Assembly (NCBI GenBank): GCA_031441585.1
Contig: JANMWZ010000149.1
Span: 22,688 to 86,687 of the forward strand
Length of the DNA stretch: 64,000 bases
From: Gammaproteobacteria bacterium
GTDB taxonomy: Bacteria > Pseudomonadota > Gammaproteobacteria > Steroidobacterales > Steroidobacteraceae
Direction: 5' to 3'
Position numbers and translations under genes: made by a program. The notes beneath the pieces were generated by a model, which worked only from the letters and a program-made list of their open reading frames with translations, was not told where the DNA came from and did not search any database. Below are positions 1 through 7,975 of this stretch, piece by piece. Each line of letters begins with the position of its first letter. The stretch's first letter is position 1.

Positions 1-105
1 CCCATTGACCGCCTGCTAGTGGCCCAGGCGCAATTTGAATCGATGACCTTGCTCACCAACGATGAGGCCTTGGCCGCATACGGCAGCTGCGTGAAGGTGC
101 TGTAG
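1..105 (+). CDS. C-terminal end of a PIN-domain (VapC-like) toxin, truncated by the window edge
   Basis: Frame 1 reads PIDRLLVAQAQFESMTLLTNDEALAAYGSCVKVL-stop. The DRLLxAQA...TxD block is the typical C-terminal segment of PIN/VapC toxins. Confidence 0.5.
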   Translation, partial: PIDRLLVAQAQFESMTLLTNDEALAAYGSCVKVL

Positions 106-139
106 CGCGAACTACGACCGAAGCAGGCAGCAAGCCGCG
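93..139. repeat. Left copy of a perfect 47-bp direct repeat
   Basis: gaaggtgctgtagcgcgaactacgaccgaagcaggcagcaagccgcg is identical to 1556..1602. It covers the last codons, the stop and 34 bp downstream of the vapC-like gene. Confidence 0.95.
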
Positions 140-317
140 GCCGGCGGCAACTACGCCGCCGCCGGAGTGCCGTTCCCGTCCGGATTCCCCGAGACCGTGC
201 ACCTGGAAATTCAGACCGCCAGGTAGGGGCAAGCCCAGCTCGCCGCGAGTAGGCAGCAGTAGCGCTATCAGGAGTTCCTGGTCAACAGCCTGACGCGCGC
301 TGAATCGCGCTAGGCCT

Positions 318-518
318 TCATTTCCTCATCACCCACGCCACTGCCGACATCACCAGGCTCACAATCACCATTGTCGCAATCGGTATAAACACCTTGACCC
401 CAGGGCGATCAATGACAATGTCTCCGGGAAGGTGAAACCACGGCACTTTCCTCACCCATTGCCAACAGAGTCCCACCAGGACGAGCAGGGCGCCCAGCGC
501 GACAAGCAGTCTATTCAT
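318..518 (-). CDS. DUF2905 family small membrane protein
   Basis: MNRLLVALGALLVLVGLCWQW...HLPGDIVIDRPGVKVFIPIATMVIVSLVMS matches the DUF2905 pattern (two TM segments flanking LPGDI). The internal Met at 518 is preferred over the 97-aa ORF start at 611. Confidence 0.65.
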   Translation of the reverse strand: MNRLLVALGALLVLVGLCWQWVRKVPWFHLPGDIVIDRPGVKVFIPIATMVIVSLVMSAVAWVMRK

Positions 519-622
519 AGCCTTCGCCCATTTAGTAGCATCGAAGCGGTGGCTCCAATAATACCTTTTGGCCCGCCCCAGCACACTTTGCCGGGCACTG
601 AGCAAAAGCACTGAGCAAAAGG

Positions 623-661
623 TTGACGTCCTATCGCGATGTTATCACAATAGTCATAACA
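623..661 (+). promoter_or_regulatory. Putative sigma70 promoter and operator for phd/doc
   Basis: TTGACG (623-628), a 17-nt spacer, then CACAAT (646-651). Inverted repeat TGTTAT(640-645)/ATAACA(656-661) overlaps the -10. AGGGG Shine-Dalgarno lies before ATG 675. Confidence 0.3.
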
Positions 662-674
662 CAGGGGTACCGCC

Positions 675-902
675 ATGGTCGAGCTCAAGGTGCGCAAATT
701 CGGCAATTCCCTCGGCGTCGTCCTGCCCAAGGAAGTCATCAACCGCCTGAAGACCGGGAATGGAGAGCCGCTGTATCTGATTGAAGGCCCAGACGGCGCC
801 TACCAGCTCACGCCCTATGAGGCCGGCTTCAAGAAGAAGATGGCCAAGGCCGAAGATCTCATGAAGCGCTATCGCAATACGCTGCGTGCGCTGGCCCAGT
901 GA
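675..902 (+). CDS. AbrB/MazE/SpoVT-fold antitoxin (Phd-type partner of Doc)
   Basis: MVELKVRKFGNSLGVVLPKEVINRL is the SpoVT/AbrB swapped-hairpin motif. The 75-aa gene overlaps the downstream Doc gene by 4 nt. Confidence 0.8.
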   Translation: MVELKVRKFGNSLGVVLPKEVINRLKTGNGEPLYLIEGPDGAYQLTPYEAGFKKKMAKAEDLMKRYRNTLRALAQ

Positions 903-1294
903 AGTCGCTCATCTGGATCGATGAACGCGACGCGCGCGTTCTCCATGATGCACTCGTGGCGCGTTTCGGAGGCGTCGCGGGGCTGCGCGATGCGACGTTG
1001 TTACAGTCAGCGCTCGCCAGGCCCCCACAGCTGCTGGCCTATGGTAAGCGGGTAGATACGATCCATCTGGCCGCCGCCTACACCGCGGGTCTCGTCGGCA
1101 ATCACCCGTTCGTAGACGGCAACAAACGTACTGGCTTTCTGGTGGGGATTTTGTTCCTGGAACTCAACGGTTACCGCTTCGCGGCCAGCGAAGAGGAGGC
1201 CGCCCAGGCCGTGCTGGCCCTCGCCAGCGGAACGCTCGATGAAGCCGGCTATGCCACGTTTCTGCGGGCTAATGCGCGTCAGCTCAGAAAGTAA
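899..1294 (+). CDS. doc: Fic/Doc family death-on-curing toxin
   Basis: Fic motif HPFVDGNKRTG is present. Length is 131 aa, with a GTG start overlapping the antitoxin stop. Confidence 0.85.
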   Translation: MKSLIWIDERDARVLHDALVARFGGVAGLRDATLLQSALARPPQLLAYGKRVDTIHLAAAYTAGLVGNHPFVDGNKRTGFLVGILFLELNGYRFAASEEEAAQAVLALASGTLDEAGYATFLRANARQLRK

Positions 1295-1346
1295 GCCGCA
1301 CTGCTCAGCACACCCGCTAGCGCGATGAGCAGGCGAGGGCGGAAGG

Positions 1347-1574
1347 TCATTTTCGTTCACTACCTCCGGTGGCGTCACTACGTTTAGGATTTGCGGAATC
1401 ACCCTCCATCAATCTCGCTGCCCTAAGTGTCCCGACCTCGCCACTCTGATAATAGGACATGACCGTACTGACACTCCTGTGCCCCGTCAGCGCCATCGTC
1501 TCCCCCAGCGATATGCCTTGATGTCCCGCCTCCGTCACAAACCCCGACCGCAGTGGAAGGTGCTGTAGCGCGAA
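1347..1574 (-). pseudogene. Tyrosine recombinase/integrase C-terminal fragment
   Basis: LRSGFVTEAGHQGISLGETMALTGHRSVSTVMSYY matches box II (LR..., GH.S...T..Y with the catalytic Tyr). Only about 75 codons remain, with no N-terminal domains. The open frame ends inside the right repeat. Confidence 0.6.
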
Positions 1575-1602
1575 CTACGACCGAAGCAGGCAGCAAGCCG
1601 CG
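1556..1602. repeat. Right copy of a perfect 47-bp direct repeat
   Basis: Identical 47-mer to 93..139, read directly from the sequence. Confidence 0.95.
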
Positions 1603-1992
1603 CCGATGACTCCTTATCGGCTTCGTGCCTCAGTGTGGGCACTGCTCGCGAACGTCACAGACTCAAAGCTTGGCCTTTTAAGGCGCGTCCAGGTCTGCTC
1701 TGCGGCAAATTTGCTGATCAATTCATCGACCGGCGTCATCTCGATGGCCGCGAAGGCCGCCTCGGCGTCGCGCAAGACCACTTTCGGAATGTTGTCAAGA
1801 TCATCGTGCCCCCTTAGTGCCGAGACGGATCCGGCAATTCCAGCTGACAGGGTAGACTTCCAGCTAAAGCTGATTCAATTCTCTTGGTTCGCCGACAACA
1901 GAACAGGATAGGCAAGTGACTGTACGACGAATCGACTGCCGTGCACACTCGCCGGTAGGCGCTGCTGCTGTGGCGGCGGCCGGGAGTCAATC

Positions 1993-2421
1993 ATGAATGA
2001 GTACAGGCTGGTTTATCCCATGTTCGCCCTGGTGCTGCTGACCGGCACGGTGCTGGTTATTCTGTTTCGCTCCCGGGTACGGGCAGTGCAACAAGGAATC
2101 GTCAGCAGCAAATACTTTCGCATTTACCAGGGTGAAGTCGAACCGGAGCAATCCGCCAAGGCGTCGCGGCATTTCTCGAACCTGTTTGAGGCGCCGACGC
2201 TGTTCTACGCCGCCTGCCTGGCGGGCCTAGGCACTCATGATGGCGCTGGCCTGCTGCTTGTCCTGGCGTGGCTGTATGTGGCTCTGCGAGTGGTCCATGC
2301 CGCCGTGCATCTGGGCGGAAACCGGTTGCGGCACAGGATGAGGGCTTATTTTGCAGGGTGGCTGATCCTGCTGGCCATGTGGCTGCAGGTGGTAGCACAC
2401 GTAGCCCTCGTACACCCTTAA
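1993..2421 (+). CDS. MAPEG family membrane protein
   Basis: 142 aa, 3-4 TM segments. The SRHFSNLFEAPTLFY and LRVVHAAVHL pattern is typical of bacterial MAPEG proteins. Confidence 0.6.
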   Translation: MNEYRLVYPMFALVLLTGTVLVILFRSRVRAVQQGIVSSKYFRIYQGEVEPEQSAKASRHFSNLFEAPTLFYAACLAGLGTHDGAGLLLVLAWLYVALRVVHAAVHLGGNRLRHRMRAYFAGWLILLAMWLQVVAHVALVHP

Positions 2422-2494
2422 TTTACCATAATATACATTATGCGAAATAGCCGTAGGGGATCATGTCAGATAAACCCCATTTCGCCGTTCACCG

Positions 2495-2794
2495 TCACTC
2501 TCTGGATTGAAGGCTACCGGCCGCCGTCCTCGGCGCACGCTCGGCCGATTCCGCCTCCAGCATCTTCAGCCAGCTCTCTACGTCCGCTTCGCTCACCGTA
2601 TCAGCGACATCACTCTGCGCCAGGCGCTTGAGCGTTGCCTGATAGCGCCCCTGGCGACCAGCGCCCAAGCCGCTCAGCACCGCACGCCACCAGCGCTGCG
2701 GGGCGCTGCCCGCGCTGCCAGCGCCCAGCGCGCGCTGCTCCGGCGAGCCGCGCTCCAGGCGGCTCTCGATGATTGTGATTTTCCGCTGGCTCAT
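2495..2794 (-). CDS. Hypothetical protein
   Basis: ORF with an internal ATG at 2794 (MSQRKITIIESRLERG...). The upstream part of the 137-aa ORF looks non-coding. No family recognised. Confidence 0.3.
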   Translation of the reverse strand: MSQRKITIIESRLERGSPEQRALGAGSAGSAPQRWWRAVLSGLGAGRQGRYQATLKRLAQSDVADTVSEADVESWLKMLEAESAERAPRTAAGSLQSRE

Positions 2795-2920
2795 AGTCAC
2801 GCAGCCTAACCCTGACGGCCTGACGCGGGCACGATATTTGACAATTCCTGTGGAATTGGACGGGCACCTGGAGCCAGAGTTCCCAGGCCGAACGATGCGC
2901 CGCGGCAACCGAGTGCGCGA

Positions 2921-3412
2921 TTACTCGCCGATGCGAATCAGCAGCCAGTATTCGTAGCTGACCAGCAAGGCATAAACGAGTGCCGTCATCAGCAGTACCG
3001 GTCCCGCGAGCTGACGTCCAAAAGTACGCACGCGAATCAGCAACACCAGCATGGTTACCGTGACTGCCGTGATGCCCATTTTCAGATAGACGAAACTGCG
3101 ATCACTCCCCATGACCAGCACGCGCATCAGGGGGTTGAGCTCGATCGCACCGTGGTTCAGGAGGGTAAGGGTCAGCACGGCGTCTGCGACCGACAGCAGC
3201 ATAATGAGCAGCGCTGCGGCCAACCATTGCGGTTCATGCCAATCGACGCCGCCCAGCTGCGCGGCGCCATCACGACGTGGTGCGCGTCGGCGCTGCCAGA
3301 TATTGCCCCACAGCAGTGCACGGAGAATTTTTTCGCGCCGCTCGCGGCTGATACGGCGCTCCGCCGCGGCGCCCTCCCCGACTATGCCAACTGTTTCATC
3401 CCCATTAGCCAC
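2921..3412 (-). CDS. DUF5658-like membrane protein
   Basis: The C-terminal half has 3-4 TM helices with LLNHGAIELNPLMR, a DUF5658-type motif. A GTG at 3412 avoids overlap with the upstream EAL gene. The ORF-track start 3487 is an alternative. Confidence 0.5.
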   Translation of the reverse strand: MANGDETVGIVGEGAAAERRISRERREKILRALLWGNIWQRRRAPRRDGAAQLGGVDWHEPQWLAAALLIMLLSVADAVLTLTLLNHGAIELNPLMRVLVMGSDRSFVYLKMGITAVTVTMLVLLIRVRTFGRQLAGPVLLMTALVYALLVSYEYWLLIRIGE

Positions 3413-3425
3413 CGCGTGCGCGCCG

Positions 3426-4814
3426 TTAGCCGCTGGCCACGAGTGGCTCGTGCTGCAGCTCGGCCTCATCGTCAAGCGAAGGATCAACGATCAGGCGCTG
3501 TTCGCGTTCGGCGTCAAATCCCGACAGCGGCGCGGGCGCACTGGCAGCGTAGCCCTGAATGAAATCGACGCCCAACGCCTGCAGCAAGCCCTGCTCGCCG
3601 GCCCGTTCAATGCGCTTGGCCACCACATGGACGCCCGCAACCCGCGCCATCTGCGCGATGGCGGCCACGCGCGCCTGCGAGGCGCGCTTGCCGGGTAATT
3701 CGATGGTCACGCGTGGATCAATCTTGACCAGGCGCAGACCGGGCAGCAGCAGCAGCTCAGGACTGGTATCGCTGAGCGTGAAATTGTCGATGACCAGACC
3801 GGCTCCTGCCTGCTCGAGCTGGAGCGCCAATTCAAGTAGGAAATTTGGTTGGCTGCGGCAGAACTCATATTCAATCTCGAAGGCAATCAGGGCGCGTGGC
3901 AGGCGCGACTCTTCCAGGCTGCGCGCCAGAAATTGCATGAATGAGTGATCACGAAAGGAATCACTGGCCAGGTTTACCGAGAATTGCGCCGGCTCACCCG
4001 ACCAGATCTCGGAACGCAGATTGAGCCAGCTGAGCACCTCGGCGACCACGCGCCGATCGAGCACGGCGCTCAGTCCCAGGTGCCTGGCACAGCCGATCAG
4101 CGCTTCGGGAGCACCCGCCTCGGAGCCGGCGCCCGCGGCGCGCATGAGCACTTCGTAACGACGAATGCGCGCGCCGCTCTGGATCGGCGTCAGATGCTGA
4201 GCATGCAGTTCCATTGCGAAATCCTGCATGCGTTGGCGAAACTCGGCGCTCGCGGCGGCAATGCCAGCGGCAGCATCGCCCGCCTCGATAGTCCCGGCAG
4301 GCACAGGCTCCAGCAGAGCTGCCACCTGTGGTGCCGCGAGGCCTGATGCCGCTGAGCCGGTCGGTTCAGTTGCGCCCGGCGCCGTATAGGCAGCGCTTGC
4401 CAGGGTGACCGCCCATTCGCGCACCGCACGCACGACCGGCACCGGCAAGTCCGGCGCTGCCGGGCCCTTGGCGCGCAACCAGCGATCTTCCACCACCACC
4501 ATGACAAAGCCGAGAAAAAATCCGGTGTCGTCGGCGGCGCGCAGCAATACCGCGGTACGACCGCGCTGCAATGGATGATTGACGCGCGCCGGCGCGGCGC
4601 TGCCGACAAAGCTTTCCAGCGCCACGCGCACCGCTTCGTGCTCACTGGGGCTCGATACCTCGCCATTGCTCCAATGCAGGCGTCCGGTGGCGTCGTGTAA
4701 CGACACCCATTTCGCCCACAGCAGCGGCAGCGAAGCGATGATCCGCTGACCACAGGTACAGGCCTGGGTAGGCCGGCGAGCAGCGCGCGTGGGTGTAGCA
4801 CCAGAGGTGGACAT
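3426..4814 (-). CDS. EAL-domain protein with a degenerate active site and an uncharacterised N-terminal domain
   Basis: The C-terminal 250 aa carry YEVLMR, SVNLAS, FEIEYE, IDNFTLS, KIDPR, AKRIER and QGY, which is the EAL scaffold. Confidence 0.8.
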   Translation of the reverse strand: MSTSGATPTRAARRPTQACTCGQRIIASLPLLWAKWVSLHDATGRLHWSNGEVSSPSEHEAVRVALESFVGSAAPARVNHPLQRGRTAVLLRAADDTGFFLGFVMVVVEDRWLRAKGPAAPDLPVPVVRAVREWAVTLASAAYTAPGATEPTGSAASGLAAPQVAALLEPVPAGTIEAGDAAAGIAAASAEFRQRMQDFAMELHAQHLTPIQSGARIRRYEVLMRAAGAGSEAGAPEALIGCARHLGLSAVLDRRVVAEVLSWLNLRSEIWSGEPAQFSVNLASDSFRDHSFMQFLARSLEESRLPRALIAFEIEYEFCRSQPNFLLELALQLEQAGAGLVIDNFTLSDTSPELLLLPGLRLVKIDPRVTIELPGKRASQARVAAIAQMARVAGVHVVAKRIERAGEQGLLQALGVDFIQGYAASAPAPLSGFDAEREQRLIVDPSLDDEAELQHEPLVASG

Positions 4815-4871
4815 AAGAGCGCAGGCTAGCTGCTCGAGGCTGCCACGGTCTGTGAATGGGTCTACAGATCG

Positions 4872-5360
4872 TCAGTGGGGAATGAGTTCAAAGCAGTTTA
4901 ATTCACGGTTCTTGCGCACCCGAGCGCCGGGAAATAGGGTGCCGTTGGCTACCACGTAGACGCCGGCTGAACATAATTGGACGGCAGCAAAGGCCAGGCC
5001 AAGATTGAAGGCGGCATCGCTGTCGCTGAACCGACCGGGCTGCAAAGCACCGGTCAGTACGATGGTCTTGCCGGTAATTTCGCGCAGCGCCTGGGCCGTC
5101 TCGACCATGGTATCGGTGCCATGGGTGACGATGATTTGCGCCTCGGGACTGCTGGCAACCGCGGCACGTATCACGCCGCGATCCTCGGCGGTCATCTCCA
5201 GGCTGTCTTTGCGCAGCAGCTCGACGATGCGCGGCTCCGCGGCCAGGCGGGCATACTTAAGCAACTCACGCACCATGGGTGCGCCAACCTGATAGCCGCC
5301 CTTGGCATCAAAGTAAACCTTGTCGATCGTGCCACCGGCGGTGAATATGACTATGTTCAT
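4872..5360 (-). CDS. Short asparaginase-domain protein (N-terminal domain only)
   Basis: TAGGTIDK and HGTDTM motifs of L-asparaginase/GatD are present. It is only 162 aa. Confidence 0.75.
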   Translation of the reverse strand: MNIVIFTAGGTIDKVYFDAKGGYQVGAPMVRELLKYARLAAEPRIVELLRKDSLEMTAEDRGVIRAAVASSPEAQIIVTHGTDTMVETAQALREITGKTIVLTGALQPGRFSDSDAAFNLGLAFAAVQLCSAGVYVVANGTLFPGARVRKNRELNCFELIPH

Positions 5361-5369
5361 CGGCGCATT

Positions 5370-6791
5370 CTAGATCGAGAGGCGTTGCCAGGCACGTGAC
5401 CGCCAGCGCCAGAACAGCGCTACACCAACCAGCAGGGTATAGACCACTACCGCAATCCAGCCACCGCTCGCGCCCCAACCCAGCTGCGGCAGAACATCCA
5501 TCCACCCCTGCCCAGGTGCGAAGATGAGCATGTGCGCCACGGGCACGAACACCAGCCACGAGCAGGCGATGGTCAAGGCCGCAGGAACGAGCGCGTCGCC
5601 AGCGCCACGTAGACAAAAGCCGCTGCTGAGGTTCAGAGCGTCGAAGAACTGGTACAGCGCTGCGATCCACATCAGGCGCAGTCCAAGAGCCACAACCGCG
5701 GCGGACTGTGGATCCTGAGCGCCCACGAACAGCGGCAGGATCCACGGGGCCGCGAGCGCCAGCAACAGGCCCATGCCGCCCATGTAGAGCGCGGCCATGG
5801 AGATCACGCGATTGCCCAGCACATAGGCCCAGGCGCGATCGCCGGCACCTACCGATTGACCCACCAGCGTCGTGCCAGCCAGTGCGATGCCAACGCCAGG
5901 CAGATAGGAAACTGCCGTCAGGATCATGACCACCTGGGTCGCGGCGCCGGGTACCGAACCCAGTCGCACCATCATGATCTGGAAGATGGAAAAGCCGATC
6001 AGATCACCCGCGTATAGCAGACCCATGGGCAGCCCGAGGCGAAACTGCGCCGCGATACGCCGGAGCTTCGGCTTCCAGGTCAGCCAGGTGCGGTAGTGGT
6101 GTCGGTAATAAGGGCGTAGAAACACCGTCATCGCAATAACCAGCCCGCAGACCTGTGCCGCAGCGGTGGCCAATCCTGAGCCGGCAACCCCCAGATTCAG
6201 GTGAAAAATGAACAGCTCATTGAACAGCGCATTGCTTAACGCCATCACAGCCGTGATCAGCACGGTGACTTTAGGATGGCCGACACCATTGAAGAAGCCC
6301 AGCAACGCCCAGACCGCCGCGCCGAAGATCGAGCCGCTCACCCGGGGCAGCCAGAACGCGGCCGCCAGATCGACCAGCTGCGTGGGCAGGCCAAAGGGGT
6401 TAAGCACCCAGCGCATGGATAGCCCGGCCGCCACAAACAGCGGCGCCGCCAGCAGCAGCGCCCACAGCGCAGTCCAGACGGCCTGGGAAGCACGACTCCG
6501 GCGACCCGCGCCCTGCGCCTGCGCGACCACGGTTTGCACGGCAATGCCGACGCCCGCCAGGATCACGAGCACCACCAACGAAAGCCAGTGCACCGCGCTC
6601 ACGGCCGCCAGCGCATCGGTCGAGATGCGAGCAATGAACCAGACGTCAGTGAGACCCAAAACCAGTTGCGCAGCGCTGTTGGCAATCAGTGGCAAAGCCA
6701 GCGTCAAAATGGCCCGCGTATCGACGTGCGGCCGGCCTTCCTCGTCCAGGCGACGTGCCGGGACGCGTGGCACGACGGTCGCGGGATTCAC
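5370..6791 (-). CDS. MATE family efflux transporter
   Basis: 473 aa, about 12 TM segments. LALPLIANSAAQLVLGLTDVWFI is the N-terminal MATE signature. Confidence 0.85.
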   Translation of the reverse strand: MNPATVVPRVPARRLDEEGRPHVDTRAILTLALPLIANSAAQLVLGLTDVWFIARISTDALAAVSAVHWLSLVVLVILAGVGIAVQTVVAQAQGAGRRSRASQAVWTALWALLLAAPLFVAAGLSMRWVLNPFGLPTQLVDLAAAFWLPRVSGSIFGAAVWALLGFFNGVGHPKVTVLITAVMALSNALFNELFIFHLNLGVAGSGLATAAAQVCGLVIAMTVFLRPYYRHHYRTWLTWKPKLRRIAAQFRLGLPMGLLYAGDLIGFSIFQIMMVRLGSVPGAATQVVMILTAVSYLPGVGIALAGTTLVGQSVGAGDRAWAYVLGNRVISMAALYMGGMGLLLALAAPWILPLFVGAQDPQSAAVVALGLRLMWIAALYQFFDALNLSSGFCLRGAGDALVPAALTIACSWLVFVPVAHMLIFAPGQGWMDVLPQLGWGASGGWIAVVVYTLLVGVALFWRWRSRAWQRLSI

Positions 6792-7222
6792 GCTTTGGCG
6801 GCGAGCGCTGCGGGGTCATCGAACCTGGCCGCGTAGCGGGCGATCAGGTCATCAACATTGTCATCGGTACGTGCCAGGCGCTCATCGAGCTGCGCAATGA
6901 CCTCGGCCAGCGGAGCTGAAGCGCCACCGTGGCCACCCAGACTCTCCGCGCCAACCCGGAGCACGCTGGCGACCCGTACCGCCCCAATGCCCTCAAAGGC
7001 GTGTAGCGCCGCCACCAGTTTGGACGCCGGATCCGGGCGCAACCAGGTATCCAGCGTGCCGTGGGCGGCGGCGGCCCAGAATTCGACCGCTACAAGCAGC
7101 AGCTGCTCAGGCTCACTCAAGCCCGCGTCGATCCCTGACTCGCGGCCAGCGTCGCGCTTACGCGCCAACGCCTCCAGAACGAAGCTGGTAATGGGATAAA
7201 TGCCGCGCCAGGTCTCTGTCAT
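6788..7222 (-). CDS. Hypothetical protein (possibly DUF4375/DMP19-like)
   Basis: 144 aa with a 4-nt overlap onto the MATE start. The EQLLLVAVEFWAAAAHGTLDTWL...ALHAFEGIGA pattern is loosely DUF4375-like. Confidence 0.35.
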   Translation of the reverse strand: MTETWRGIYPITSFVLEALARKRDAGRESGIDAGLSEPEQLLLVAVEFWAAAAHGTLDTWLRPDPASKLVAALHAFEGIGAVRVASVLRVGAESLGGHGGASAPLAEVIAQLDERLARTDDNVDDLIARYAARFDDPAALAAKA

Positions 7223-7530
7223 ATTGTAAGTCTTGTAAGCAAAACACCACTGATCTCAACGAGGTTAGCGGTGTATCCTGATAAATACCTTAAAGTAGGC
7301 ACCGCCGCAGGGATTCTAATGCCATATATATAGATATCAAGGAGTTGCCAATTCAGGGCTACCATTGGCACTAAACTTTGCATTGATAATCGCATGCATT
7401 GCGCGATATTCTGCGCGTAGACCCCTGACAACTAAGCCTTTCCAGATTAATAAAAAATTAAGGCAGCACCTGAAGGTCCAGCGCCACCACGCGCCAACGG
7501 AACAGGTCACGCCGCCAAGAGGACGCAGCA

Positions 7531-7962
7531 ATGAATTCGGCACTCACGCGCAAACTCGAGGCAGCCGTCACCCTACTGACGGGACACGGCGCGTTGAAAG
7601 ATCGACTGGCACTCGCCTACAGCAAATATCTCGAACATCTTGAGCTGCTGGAATTACCGGAAGAAACGCAGCGTGAATTTGCCGAGCTGTCGCTCGCGAT
7701 GCATCGCGCGCGCGCACTTCCTGGCGACACCATCGTGCGTGCCTCGATTCGCAAACTCTCGAATGAGGAAGCACAACGCCATGCGTCCCTGGCAGTGCGC
7801 ATGTATGGTCTGCACATGGCAGATCTGGCTGCCGAGCAAACCCTGATTCGCAGCACCATCACCCGCAGCTCAACGCCGCTGGCGGCCCTGCTGGCGCTCG
7901 ACAGTCCGGGCATGAGTGCGGGCGCGCACGGCAAGCACAGCAGCCGCGCGCAGCGCGCCTAG
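7531..7962 (+). CDS. Hypothetical protein
   Basis: 143-aa ORF after the AT-rich spacer, with GAGGA before the ATG. No family recognised. Confidence 0.35.
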   Translation: MNSALTRKLEAAVTLLTGHGALKDRLALAYSKYLEHLELLELPEETQREFAELSLAMHRARALPGDTIVRASIRKLSNEEAQRHASLAVRMYGLHMADLAAEQTLIRSTITRSSTPLAALLALDSPGMSAGAHGKHSSRAQRA

Positions 7963-7975
7963 TCGAGTCAAGCGT

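Larger units (their letters stand above)
93..1602. mobile_element. Decayed integrative islet bounded by 47-bp direct repeats (DUF2905 gene, phd/doc TA pair, integrase remnant)
   Basis: Direct repeats sit at both ends. A tyrosine-recombinase C-terminal fragment abuts the right repeat. The cargo includes an addiction module. Confidence 0.45.

Noticed and set aside
1606-1911. 101-aa and 60-aa plus-strand ORFs right of the direct repeat
   Set aside because: Translations are Ser/Ala/Leu-rich without motifs, and no ribosome-binding site is present. The region is more likely a degraded remnant (see the finding at 1603..1992).
7366-7382. Sigma54-like element TGGCAC-N6-TTGCA in the AT-rich spacer upstream of the 143-aa ORF
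   Set aside because: The GG to GC spacing is 11 nt rather than the strictly required 10. No enhancer-binding protein gene or upstream activator sites are nearby.
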